From Nitrospinia bacterium (GTDB lineage: Bacteria; Nitrospinota; Nitrospinia; JACRGO01), in NCBI GenBank assembly GCA_029261755.1, contig JAJDAS010000247.1:1616-65615 (forward strand): DNA of 64,000 bases, given 5' to 3'. Within the stretch, counting starts at the first letter, position 1. Each line of letters opens with the position of its first letter. The position numbers and the translations under genes were made by a program. Of the stretch, positions 21,867 to 29,833 are shown piece after piece. A model generated the notes under the pieces. It was not told the origin of the DNA. It made no database searches and was given only the letters and a program-made list of their open reading frames with translations.

Positions 21867-22589
21867 ATGAACATGATGAGAAAAGTTAAAGATGGAGGCG
21901 GCGCCTTAGGTACCCTTCTGGAAGGGAAGTCAGCCAGGCTGCAACGGGATAAAGGAGATGTTGCCTCTTCCCAGGCGCCAAAACAGAAACAGGATAAAGC
22001 GGTTTTTTCGCCTCCCGGCGGGGTCGCAGCCGCAGCAGGAGCCAAGGTAAAGAGCGAACTCGGGCTTTGTTACAGGTTGGAGGATTTGGTTTTTGGGATA
22101 GGCTTTACCTTGAAAAAGGTCAAGGAACCTCTCAACTATTACGCTGTGCTTTTAGAAAATGGATCGGTGCAGGTGGAATACGCAACACTGGCGGGAAAAC
22201 CCTCCGGGATGAATAAAATGTCTTTCCCCAGGGAAAAATTTGAGTCCGAGTTTACCTTCAAAGAGAGTGATCAAGCCAAGGAAATGATGGAACAGCTTAA
22301 GGAAAAGTGCGAAGAAACTTCCAGCGGCACTACTGGGGAGGAAACCAGCAAGAAACCGGATGAGCCCGGCAATGCCAATGAAGGGCTTTGTTTCAAGGGC
22401 ATGGATTTGAAAGTTGGAACGGGAGGAACCTCCAACCAGACCCACACAGAAATAAAGTTCTACTACGCTATTTCGGACGATGGCCAGGTGGAAGTGGTGG
22501 AAGCTACGCCCAGGGGGAAACCCTGGCCGGGAATGAAGCCCAGGATCTTATCAAAGGAAGATTTTGAAGAGCAATATACGACTTTGTAA
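21867..22589 (+). CDS. Hypothetical protein with an internally duplicated ~65-aa domain
   Basis: Residues 67-131 and 174-239 align: LC[YF]...DL..G.G.T.........[YF]YA....G.V.V..AT..GKP..GM.......E.FE..[FY]T. The duplication argues that this is a real gene. The RBS is weak and the N-terminus is low-complexity. Confidence 0.55.
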   Translation: MNMMRKVKDGGGALGTLLEGKSARLQRDKGDVASSQAPKQKQDKAVFSPPGGVAAAAGAKVKSELGLCYRLEDLVFGIGFTLKKVKEPLNYYAVLLENGSVQVEYATLAGKPSGMNKMSFPREKFESEFTFKESDQAKEMMEQLKEKCEETSSGTTGEETSKKPDEPGNANEGLCFKGMDLKVGTGGTSNQTHTEIKFYYAISDDGQVEVVEATPRGKPWPGMKPRILSKEDFEEQYTTL

Positions 22590-22747
22590 ATGAATTCGCC
22601 TTGCAGGACATATCAGGCAGCATGGATAAACAAGTTTGTCCATGCCACCCTCCTCTACCAACCCCTCTCAACCAAAAAAAACTCACTCAGAAAACTACTT
22701 ACAACCGTTTTTATCAGTTCTTACAAGTAGTTCTCGTTCAGCACTAC

Positions 22748-23716
22748 TTACTTTCCCTTCAAGATCTGCTGCCTTGGGTGCGCCTTACAAATTACTTCTT
22801 TCAATCCGGAATCGGAGGCCTGGGTATAAATCTGAGTGGTGGCAATGCTGGAGTGGCCTAATAATCTTTGCACCTGCCGTATGTCCAGCCCGGCTTCCAG
22901 GAGATGCGTGGCTGTTGCATGTCGGAGCATGTGTGGAGTGATCCGGTTTTTCAGTCCAGCTTCGTCCCCGGCCATGCGGATAAGCTTCCTAATGAATTGA
23001 GTAGAGGCTGGCTGGTTCCTGGAGTTGATAAAAAGACTATCCGTGTCCGGCTTTCTAAGGTTTCGTCTTTTGATATAGGATTTCAGAAGAAGTTTAATTT
23101 CCTCATCGGGAATATAGACTTTTCTTTCCCTCACCCCTGTCCCTGCAATGAAGATGGAGCTCTCCTTCATGTTTATTTCCCGCATAGTAAGATCCACCAG
23201 TTCACCCACCCGGATGCCCGTGCTGAATAGAAGCTCCAAGACAACCAATGTGGTATGAACATTGAGATGGCCGGTATCCTCATGTCGGTTCCAAGTCCCT
23301 TGTCCATAGGCCGTATTTTGGGATTCTCCCATTCTTTTCCTGGTGTTCTGAATGAGGGCTCGAATTTCCTTTTTTGTAAGCCCTATCGGAACTTGTTGGG
23401 GAAGTGTAACTCTGGTATCCAGCCTATGGAAAGGATTCACTGCAATTATGTCACCCAGTTCCATCCATCGATAAAAAACCTTTAAGCTTGCCAATCGACG
23501 TTTCACACTTGTTTCCTTCAAATCACAGACATCGAAAAGATGCGCCAAATACTTCTGGAGGAGAGTCTTGTCGCACTTCTTGATGCTTACGTTCTTTCCC
23601 GCGAATAGCCGGAATTTTTGCAAATCGATGGAATATGCCTTGAGGCTGTGCCTCGAAAGGTTTTTGCCGTGTTGACAATGAGAAATAAACTGGGTAATTG
23701 CGTCTTGAAGTTTCAT
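22748..23716 (-). CDS. Tyrosine site-specific recombinase (XerC/XerD-integrase family)
   Basis: 322-aa ORF. The N-terminus has a core-binding domain (SLKAYSIDLQKF). The C-terminal catalytic boxes are TGIRVGEL and HMLRHATATHLLEAGLDIRQVQRLLGHSSIATTQIYTQ, giving the R..HxxR..H..Y pattern. Confidence 0.88.
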   Translation of the reverse strand: MKLQDAITQFISHCQHGKNLSRHSLKAYSIDLQKFRLFAGKNVSIKKCDKTLLQKYLAHLFDVCDLKETSVKRRLASLKVFYRWMELGDIIAVNPFHRLDTRVTLPQQVPIGLTKKEIRALIQNTRKRMGESQNTAYGQGTWNRHEDTGHLNVHTTLVVLELLFSTGIRVGELVDLTMREINMKESSIFIAGTGVRERKVYIPDEEIKLLLKSYIKRRNLRKPDTDSLFINSRNQPASTQFIRKLIRMAGDEAGLKNRITPHMLRHATATHLLEAGLDIRQVQRLLGHSSIATTQIYTQASDSGLKEVICKAHPRQQILKGK

Positions 23717-24203
23717 AATTTTACATCCATAAAATAGGTTGATGAAGCAAAAATAGAAATTAAAAAAAGATTTTGTAAATACTAACAGATTTTAACTATA
23801 ACTAACAATCTATTGAAGCTGAATTTTTGTTTTTTTTGATTATTTTTTTTAGCTATTCACAGTTTTCTTTAAACTTCAGCCGTTCAGAATTATCTGAAAA
23901 ACTAGATCGCCGAGGAAGCTTAGGCTCTCTATCAATAAGAAGCTATAAGATTTGATCATTATATACGTTAGCATATTCCTATAGTGGCTCTCCTTTGCCA
24001 TTACGAGGAACGCTGGGAACCCTGGAATGGGAAAGTGGCCCTGCCAGAATGAAACCCAAAAAAGATTTCTTTGTAGCATGACTGAAGGCAAGAGAGCGAG
24101 CAATTCATTGAAAACAAATGAAATTGAAAATAATTGGGCGAATGATGGAAGAGCGAGGGTAAAGCGGTGATATCCGGGCATGGAAAGAAGGAGAGCTGCA
24201 ATT

Positions 24204-25127
24204 TTACAGCGAGGCTTTCTTCCCTGTGATTTTTTCGAATGCCTCTATATATTTTTCACGGGTGTTATTGATAACTTCTTCAGGCAGTTCAGGTCCTGGT
24301 GGAGTTTTGTCCCAATCCAGAGTGGCAAGGTAATCCCGCACGTATTGCTTGTCGAAACTTGCTTGCCCCCGGCCCGGTTCGTAATCCTCCATGGGCCAAA
24401 AGCGGGATGAATCCGGAGTGAGGATCTCATCAATTAGAATAGCCTTCCCATTCAGGACTCCGAATTCGAATTTGGTGTCGGCCATGATAATACCCTTCTT
24501 CCTGACGTTTTCCGCAGCCATGGAGTAAAGTCGGATGGATTTTTCCTTTAGGTTTGACGCCAACTCCTTGCCTATGAAGTTTTCCGCTTCCTGGTAAGTG
24601 ATATTGACGTCGTGGCCTTCGTGACTTTTCGTGGAGGGTGTAAAAATGGGTTCGGGTAGTTGTTGCGACTCCCTTAGCCCTTTGGGCAGGGAAATCCCAG
24701 AAACGGCGCCGTCTCGAAGATATTCTTTCCATCCGGAGCCGGTGATGTAACCTCGCACTATGCACTCTATTTCCACCGGCTGAGTTTTTTTAACCAGCAT
24801 TGAGCGTCCTGCTAGCTGATCGGCATAGGAAGAAAGTTCGGCAGGATATTGGCTGAAATCCGTAGCGACAATATGGTTCTCCATGGAATCGCTGGAGAGA
24901 TTAAACCAGTAAGTTGCCATCTGGGTGAGGATTTTACCCTTGTCCGGGATTCCGTTGGGCAGGACCACGTCAAAGGCGGATATCCGGTCGGTGGCAACAA
25001 TGAGGAGACGGTCCCCCAAGTCATAAACGTCACGAACCTTCCCTTTGCGGAAGAGCGGTATATCTTTCAAGTTGGTTTCAAGTAAGGCAGACACAGGAAA
25101 CATTGAATCATTGAGAGATTGAGGCAT
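24204..25127 (-). CDS. purC: Phosphoribosylaminoimidazole-succinocarboxamide (SAICAR) synthase
   Basis: 307-aa long-form PurC with RKGKVRDVYDLGDRLLIVATDRISAFD and ADTKFEFG. Confidence 0.95.
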   Translation of the reverse strand: MPQSLNDSMFPVSALLETNLKDIPLFRKGKVRDVYDLGDRLLIVATDRISAFDVVLPNGIPDKGKILTQMATYWFNLSSDSMENHIVATDFSQYPAELSSYADQLAGRSMLVKKTQPVEIECIVRGYITGSGWKEYLRDGAVSGISLPKGLRESQQLPEPIFTPSTKSHEGHDVNITYQEAENFIGKELASNLKEKSIRLYSMAAENVRKKGIIMADTKFEFGVLNGKAILIDEILTPDSSRFWPMEDYEPGRGQASFDKQYVRDYLATLDWDKTPPGPELPEEVINNTREKYIEAFEKITGKKASL

Positions 25128-25156
25128 TGAACCATTGATTTAATGCTTCAATGGGT

Positions 25157-25519
25157 TTACGTTTGCAGAAATTTGTCAACCTTGTTTTCAGGGTTGATTA
25201 GAGCGATCTTCGGGGTCCATGTCTCCAGCTCTTTTTCATCCAACTGGACAAAGGCGGCGATGATAATGAGGTCTCCTTTGTTTACCAGCTTGGCTGCGGC
25301 GCCGTTAACGCAGATTTCGCCGGACCCGGCTTTTTCCTTGATAGCATAGGTAATGAATCGGTTCCCGTTGGTGATGTCCCACACATGAACCTGCTCGAAG
25401 GGGATAATCCCCACGGCCTCCAACAATTCCGAATCGATGGCGATGCTGCCCATGTAGTCTATATCCGCCATGGTTACGGTGGCGCGGTGGAGCTTGGATT
25501 TTAAGACGTTTGTAAGCAT
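25157..25519 (-). CDS. panD: Aspartate 1-decarboxylase
   Basis: 120-aa ORF containing KSKLHRATVTMADIDYMGSIAID, which includes the G-S self-processing site context. Confidence 0.95.
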   Translation of the reverse strand: MLTNVLKSKLHRATVTMADIDYMGSIAIDSELLEAVGIIPFEQVHVWDITNGNRFITYAIKEKAGSGEICVNGAAAKLVNKGDLIIIAAFVQLDEKELETWTPKIALINPENKVDKFLQT

Positions 25520-25523
25520 ATTC

Positions 25524-26669
25524 TTATTCTACCAAATTAAGTCTGACTTTTACATCTTGCACCTCATCCAAAGGGATGAGATCGTTTTTGATTTTCCGTG
25601 CAATCTCTTTTCCCTCTTTGATACTCATCTCGGAGGGCAATTCCACGTAAACTTCCAGGAAAGCCTTTCCTGAAAGGTAGTGGATCTGTAAATCAAAATG
25701 TTGGCCCAGGGGTTGGGATTTTTCAATGGTTTCCCTTACTTTGGCCTCCAACTGTCGACGGGTGAAATCGTAATGGATGCCAGGGCCGTCGTCTTCCGCG
25801 TCGATATGGACCATGGTTTGCCCCACATTTTTTACCTTGGACTGAAGCCCTTTTCTCACACTCTCGGCAATATTATGCCCTTCCGAGACGCTGATATAAG
25901 GCTGGACCTGGATATGGACATCCACCAGTATGTCTTTTCCGATTTTTCTTGTTTTCAGATCATGGAAGCTTACCACCTCATCCGAATTTAGAATTGTCTC
26001 CTCGATTTCTCTCCGAATATCTTTGGAGACTGAAGCGTCCATCAACTCCTGTACGCTTTCCCATGCCACATCAAAACCAACCTTGATGATAAAAAGAGCA
26101 ACGAGGGTTGCGGCAATAGGATCACAAATGCTGTAACCCGCCATGGCGGCTGCGATACCGAAAAGCGCCACAATGGAGGAGAGAGCATCGGTCCGATGGT
26201 GATATGCGTTGGCGATGATCACTTGGCTCTCTATGGCCTGACCCACGTTAGCAGTATAACGATAAAGAGCTTCCTTGATTCCAATGGAGATCAGGGCGCC
26301 TCCAATAGCCAGGTTGTTGGGGGTCTGCGCTGTGCCTTCCCGGATGATTTGTATGGCCTCGTTGATGAACTCGAATCCCACGCCGATCAAGATGATCCCG
26401 ATTACTGTTGCGCCGATGGCCTCTGCCCTACCGTGCCCGTAAGGATGGCATTCGTCGCTGGGTTTGTTGGAGATCTTGAGGCTAACCAGGGCCACCAGAT
26501 CGGTGATCAGGTCGGAAAGCGAATGCACGGCATCCGCTATCATGGCGGAACTTTTGCCAAGATAACCGGCTGCAAATTTGCAGATGGTAAGCAGGATATT
26601 CCCAGCTGCTCCTACCAAGGTAACCCTTACACCTGTCTTGTATGAAAAATCCGGCTGGGATATATCCAT
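25524..26669 (-). CDS. Cation diffusion facilitator (CDF) family metal efflux transporter with an extended C-terminus
   Basis: It has six hydrophobic segments and the metal-site motifs HSLSDLITD and HHRTDALSS. Two consecutive segments resembling the cytoplasmic dimerisation domain follow. Confidence 0.88.
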   Translation of the reverse strand: MDISQPDFSYKTGVRVTLVGAAGNILLTICKFAAGYLGKSSAMIADAVHSLSDLITDLVALVSLKISNKPSDECHPYGHGRAEAIGATVIGIILIGVGFEFINEAIQIIREGTAQTPNNLAIGGALISIGIKEALYRYTANVGQAIESQVIIANAYHHRTDALSSIVALFGIAAAMAGYSICDPIAATLVALFIIKVGFDVAWESVQELMDASVSKDIRREIEETILNSDEVVSFHDLKTRKIGKDILVDVHIQVQPYISVSEGHNIAESVRKGLQSKVKNVGQTMVHIDAEDDGPGIHYDFTRRQLEAKVRETIEKSQPLGQHFDLQIHYLSGKAFLEVYVELPSEMSIKEGKEIARKIKNDLIPLDEVQDVKVRLNLVE

Positions 26670-26699
26670 TGGAGATTAAACGAAAAAAAACGATGGAAG

Positions 26700-27116
26700 C
26701 TAAGGATGAATTTCCAGGGCGTTAAAAAAGTAGGAAATTTCGAATTTGGCTGTTTCGGGGGCATCGGAGCCGTGCGTAGCGTTTTTCTCAATGTTTGTGC
26801 CGTAAAGTTTACGAATGGTCCCTTCCGCTGCCTCTTCGGGATTGGTAGCCCCCATCAAATCCCGCCATTTTTTGATGGCGTTTTCTCTTTCCAGAACCAA
26901 GGAAATTACTGGTCCCGAGGTCATGTAAGCCACCAAGTCGGGGAAAAAAGGCCGTTCTGCGTGAACATGGTAAAATCCTTCTGCCTCATTTTTTGACAAA
27001 AATATTTTCTTTATTCCGATAATCTTGAATCCTTCCTCCTCGATCCTGGCCAATATTTTGCCTGCAAGATTTCTTTCCACCGCATCCGGTTTGATTATAG
27101 CAAATGTTTTTTCCAT
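26700..27116 (-). CDS. ndk: Nucleoside diphosphate kinase
   Basis: [13 protein letters not shown]...NATHGSD contains the active-site His. The likely start is Met at 27116, not the upstream 27164. Confidence 0.95.
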   Translation of the reverse strand: MEKTFAIIKPDAVERNLAGKILARIEEEGFKIIGIKKIFLSKNEAEGFYHVHAERPFFPDLVAYMTSGPVISLVLERENAIKKWRDLMGATNPEEAAEGTIRKLYGTNIEKNATHGSDAPETAKFEISYFFNALEIHP

Positions 27117-27416
27117 GATATTTTGTTCCTTAATTGAAAAAGGTTGTTGGAGTAAGAGGCGCAAGTTGCTAAAACTATTTATAATACCAAAAAAGAGTTC
27201 TCAATCAAAGGAAACTTGAAACACCATCCGATTCAGACCTTCCCTATGCTTCGACGCTTGAAAATCCAACCTTGAAAAATAAAAAAGGCACTTGAAAAAA
27301 CGTATTCATGTGGATTAAACTCAATGGGCACAGGCTTAGGCCAAGGATTGCGCTAACGGGAAAAATATCTTTATGAAAAGCTCCGAAGCCTTTGAATAAA
27401 TTGGGAAAATTTATCC

Positions 27417-28382
27417 ATGAGTATTCTGATTGTTGACGATTCACTTAGCTTAAGGTTTTTGCTGGCCACTCTTTTAAAAAAAGCCGGCTACAAAGATTTA
27501 CTCCAGGCGGAGTCAGCGCCGGCGGCCTTTAAAATCCTTGGCATGGAGAACAACTCCTCAGCCTCTCCAGATATCGACCTCATCCTGCTGGATATCATGA
27601 TGCCCGAAATAAACGGCATCGAAGCATGTAAGCGAATTAAGGCCGTGGAGTCCTTGCAGGATATTCCCATTATTATGGTGACGGGCAAAGCGGACAACGA
27701 AAACCTGGAACTCTCCTTTGAAGCCGGTGCCATTGATTATGTGGTTAAGCCTTTCAATAAAACTGAACTTTTGGTACGAATGAGTTCGGTCCTGAAACTG
27801 AAACAGGAGATGGACCGTCGTAAAGAGGTCACGAAGCAGCTGGAGGTGGCGAATCGCAAACTGAAGCTCCTTTCTTCCATGGATGGTTTGACCGGTATTG
27901 CCAACCGCCGCCATTTTGACGAGACACTGGAAAAGGAATGGAGGCGCGCCCTTCGTGCTGAAAGTAAATTTTCATTGATCCTAATGGATGTGGATTCCTT
28001 CAAACCGTACAACGACCACTACGGCCATCAGGCCGGAGATGATTGCCTGAAGAAAGTGGCCCAGGCACTACAAGCCGAGGTCAAGCGTCCTGCAGATCTG
28101 GTCGCCCGCTATGGGGGGGAAGAATTCGTGGTTGTTTTGCCGGAGACAGACTCTATGCATGCGGGAATATTGGCGGAAAAACTGCGCGAACAAATTGAAT
28201 CCTTACAAATACCCCATGAAAAGTCCCAAACCGTGCCGGTAGTTACCTGCAGTCTGGGGGTCGCCACGTTGAAACCAACCCAGGATTTACAATCCAAATC
28301 CCTGGTTGAAGAGGCGGACAAGGCGCTTTATTTGGCCAAACGAGGGGGCCGCAATAGAGTTGTATCGGAGGGAGAGAAATAA
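27417..28382 (+). CDS. Response regulator-diguanylate cyclase (REC-GGDEF)
   Basis: The receiver (ILIVDDS, LLDIMMPEINGIE, VKPF) is followed by a coiled linker and a GGDEF domain with the active-site GGEEF (YGGEEFVVVLP). An RxxD-type context lies upstream. Confidence 0.92.
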   Translation: MSILIVDDSLSLRFLLATLLKKAGYKDLLQAESAPAAFKILGMENNSSASPDIDLILLDIMMPEINGIEACKRIKAVESLQDIPIIMVTGKADNENLELSFEAGAIDYVVKPFNKTELLVRMSSVLKLKQEMDRRKEVTKQLEVANRKLKLLSSMDGLTGIANRRHFDETLEKEWRRALRAESKFSLILMDVDSFKPYNDHYGHQAGDDCLKKVAQALQAEVKRPADLVARYGGEEFVVVLPETDSMHAGILAEKLREQIESLQIPHEKSQTVPVVTCSLGVATLKPTQDLQSKSLVEEADKALYLAKRGGRNRVVSEGEK

Positions 28383-28486
28383 GCATGAATGTCCGGGCGG
28401 GCCTGCCAGGATCTTTTTTTTGAAAAAACTTTGTCTGGAACTTTGATGAACCAAACCTTACTTCAACTGATCGGGAGTATAACATT

Positions 28487-28813
28487 ATGAGCCAATTGGG
28501 CGATTCCAATCCAAAAGGAAAAATCATTGTTTCTGTGGACCCTGATCTCGAAGAATTGATCCCTGAGTTCTTGGAAATGAGGCAAGAAGATATTCAATCC
28601 ATGCTGGGTTCCCTGGAAAAAGGCGACTACAAAAATATTGAGTTGCTTGGCCATAGCATGAAGGGATCGGGTGGAGGATATGGGTTTGACGGCATAACCG
28701 ATATAGGCAGATCCATTGAAGTAGCGGCCAAGGAAGCGAATAGCGAAGAGATTAAAAAATGGATCAACGAGCTTACCGATTACCTTGAGCGCGTTGAGAT
28801 CATTTATGAATGA
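28487..28813 (+). CDS. Single-domain histidine phosphotransfer (Hpt) protein
   Basis: 108-aa ORF with the Hpt signature GHSMKGSGGGYGF. It overlaps the pyrB start by 8 nt. Confidence 0.8.
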   Translation: MSQLGDSNPKGKIIVSVDPDLEELIPEFLEMRQEDIQSMLGSLEKGDYKNIELLGHSMKGSGGGYGFDGITDIGRSIEVAAKEANSEEIKKWINELTDYLERVEIIYE

Positions 28814-29720
28814 TATTATCAGTTCCAGGCAATTTGCCCGCGATGATCTCGAACGTATTTTCGAGGTTGCCACCGGAATGGAACCCATCTCTCGTGGGGA
28901 AGAAGAGTCTCAGCTTCTGAGAAATAAATACCTGGCCACCCTTTTTTTCGAGGCAAGCACAAGGACTCGCTTCAGTTTTGAAATTGCCATGTTGCGCCTG
29001 GGAGGCCAGGTGATCAATACCACCAATGTGGCTTTTTCCTCCATCACCAAAGGGGAATCGGTGCATGACACCGTCAAGGTGGTGGGGAATTTTGTAGATA
29101 TCATTGCCATTCGGCATCCCCAGGTTGGGTCTGCCCTGATTGCATCCAAGGCAACTAACAAACCAGTAATCAACGCCGGTGACGGACATGGCGAACATCC
29201 CACTCAAGCCCTGCTGGACCTTTTTACCATCCTCAAAGAGAAAAATGGAATTAACGGACTGAAAATCGCCTTGGTTGGTGATCTCAGGTTCGGAAGGACC
29301 ATCCACTCTCTCGCCCAGCTATTAACCCATTATGATGTGGAGATCTTTTTTGTGTCTCCCGAAATTCTAAGGGCGCCCGAAAGTCTCCTGGCGTATTTGA
29401 AAGAGAAGGGAGTCTCCTACCACGAAACGGAAGATCTCGAAGAAGTGATTGGGCAGATCGATGTCTTGTATGACACCAGGATCCAGGAAGAGCGGTTTGC
29501 CGACCCCAAGGAGTACGAAAAGGTCAAGAACTGCTATACCATCGACAAAGAGATGGTAGGGAAAGGAAAGGAGGATATCTCCATCATGCACCCGTTACCG
29601 AGACTTGAAGAGATCTGTGAGGAGGTAGACGAACTGCCCAATGCCGCCTATTTTCGCCAATCTTTCTATGGCGTTCCCATCCGAATGGCCCTGTTGGCCA
29701 TTCTTTTAGGCAAGGCGTAG
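28806..29720 (+). CDS. pyrB: Aspartate carbamoyltransferase catalytic subunit
   Basis: Motifs present are STRTRFSFE, HPTQALLD and HPLPR. The likely start is ATG 28806 (MNDIISSRQF), which overlaps the Hpt stop. Confidence 0.95.
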   Translation: MNDIISSRQFARDDLERIFEVATGMEPISRGEEESQLLRNKYLATLFFEASTRTRFSFEIAMLRLGGQVINTTNVAFSSITKGESVHDTVKVVGNFVDIIAIRHPQVGSALIASKATNKPVINAGDGHGEHPTQALLDLFTILKEKNGINGLKIALVGDLRFGRTIHSLAQLLTHYDVEIFFVSPEILRAPESLLAYLKEKGVSYHETEDLEEVIGQIDVLYDTRIQEERFADPKEYEKVKNCYTIDKEMVGKGKEDISIMHPLPRLEEICEEVDELPNAAYFRQSFYGVPIRMALLAILLGKA

Positions 29721-29724
29721 GGAC

Positions 29725-29812
29725 ATTTTAGATTTGTGATTTTAGATTTTTGATTGGTGGTAGGTTTTTTTAATGAAAATTCCTTCAATCTAAAATCAGC
29801 AATCTAAAATTT
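29725..29812. repeat. Inverted repeat built from GATT words at a 7-nt period
   Basis: The left arm is ATTTTAGATTTGTGATTTTAGATTTTTGATTG, with GATT at 29731, 29738, 29745 and 29752. The right arm is CAATCTAAAATCAGCAATCTAAAAT (29786-29810). About 22 of 24 positions are complementary. It lies directly after the pyrB stop. Confidence 0.75.
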
Positions 29813-29833
29813 AAAACCTCTTTCGCCAGGATC

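Noticed and set aside
22748-23716. Integron integrase (IntI).
   Set aside because: The extra segment lies between the core-binding and catalytic domains, not at the IntI-specific position between patch III and box II. No attC-like repeats or cassette array is nearby.
24001-24060. RNase P RNA, tmRNA or a riboswitch in the GC-richer part of the spacer.
   Set aside because: None of the conserved signature sequences is present: the tmRNA 5' GGGG/3' tRNA-like end, the RNase P GGAAAGUCCGGGC box, or the GEMM or cobalamin cores.
23876-24181. A 101-aa minus-strand ORF in the recombinase-purC spacer as a real gene.
   Set aside because: Its composition is hydrophobic and aromatic-rich with no motif and no RBS. 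It lies in an AT-rich region where stop-free frames arise by chance.
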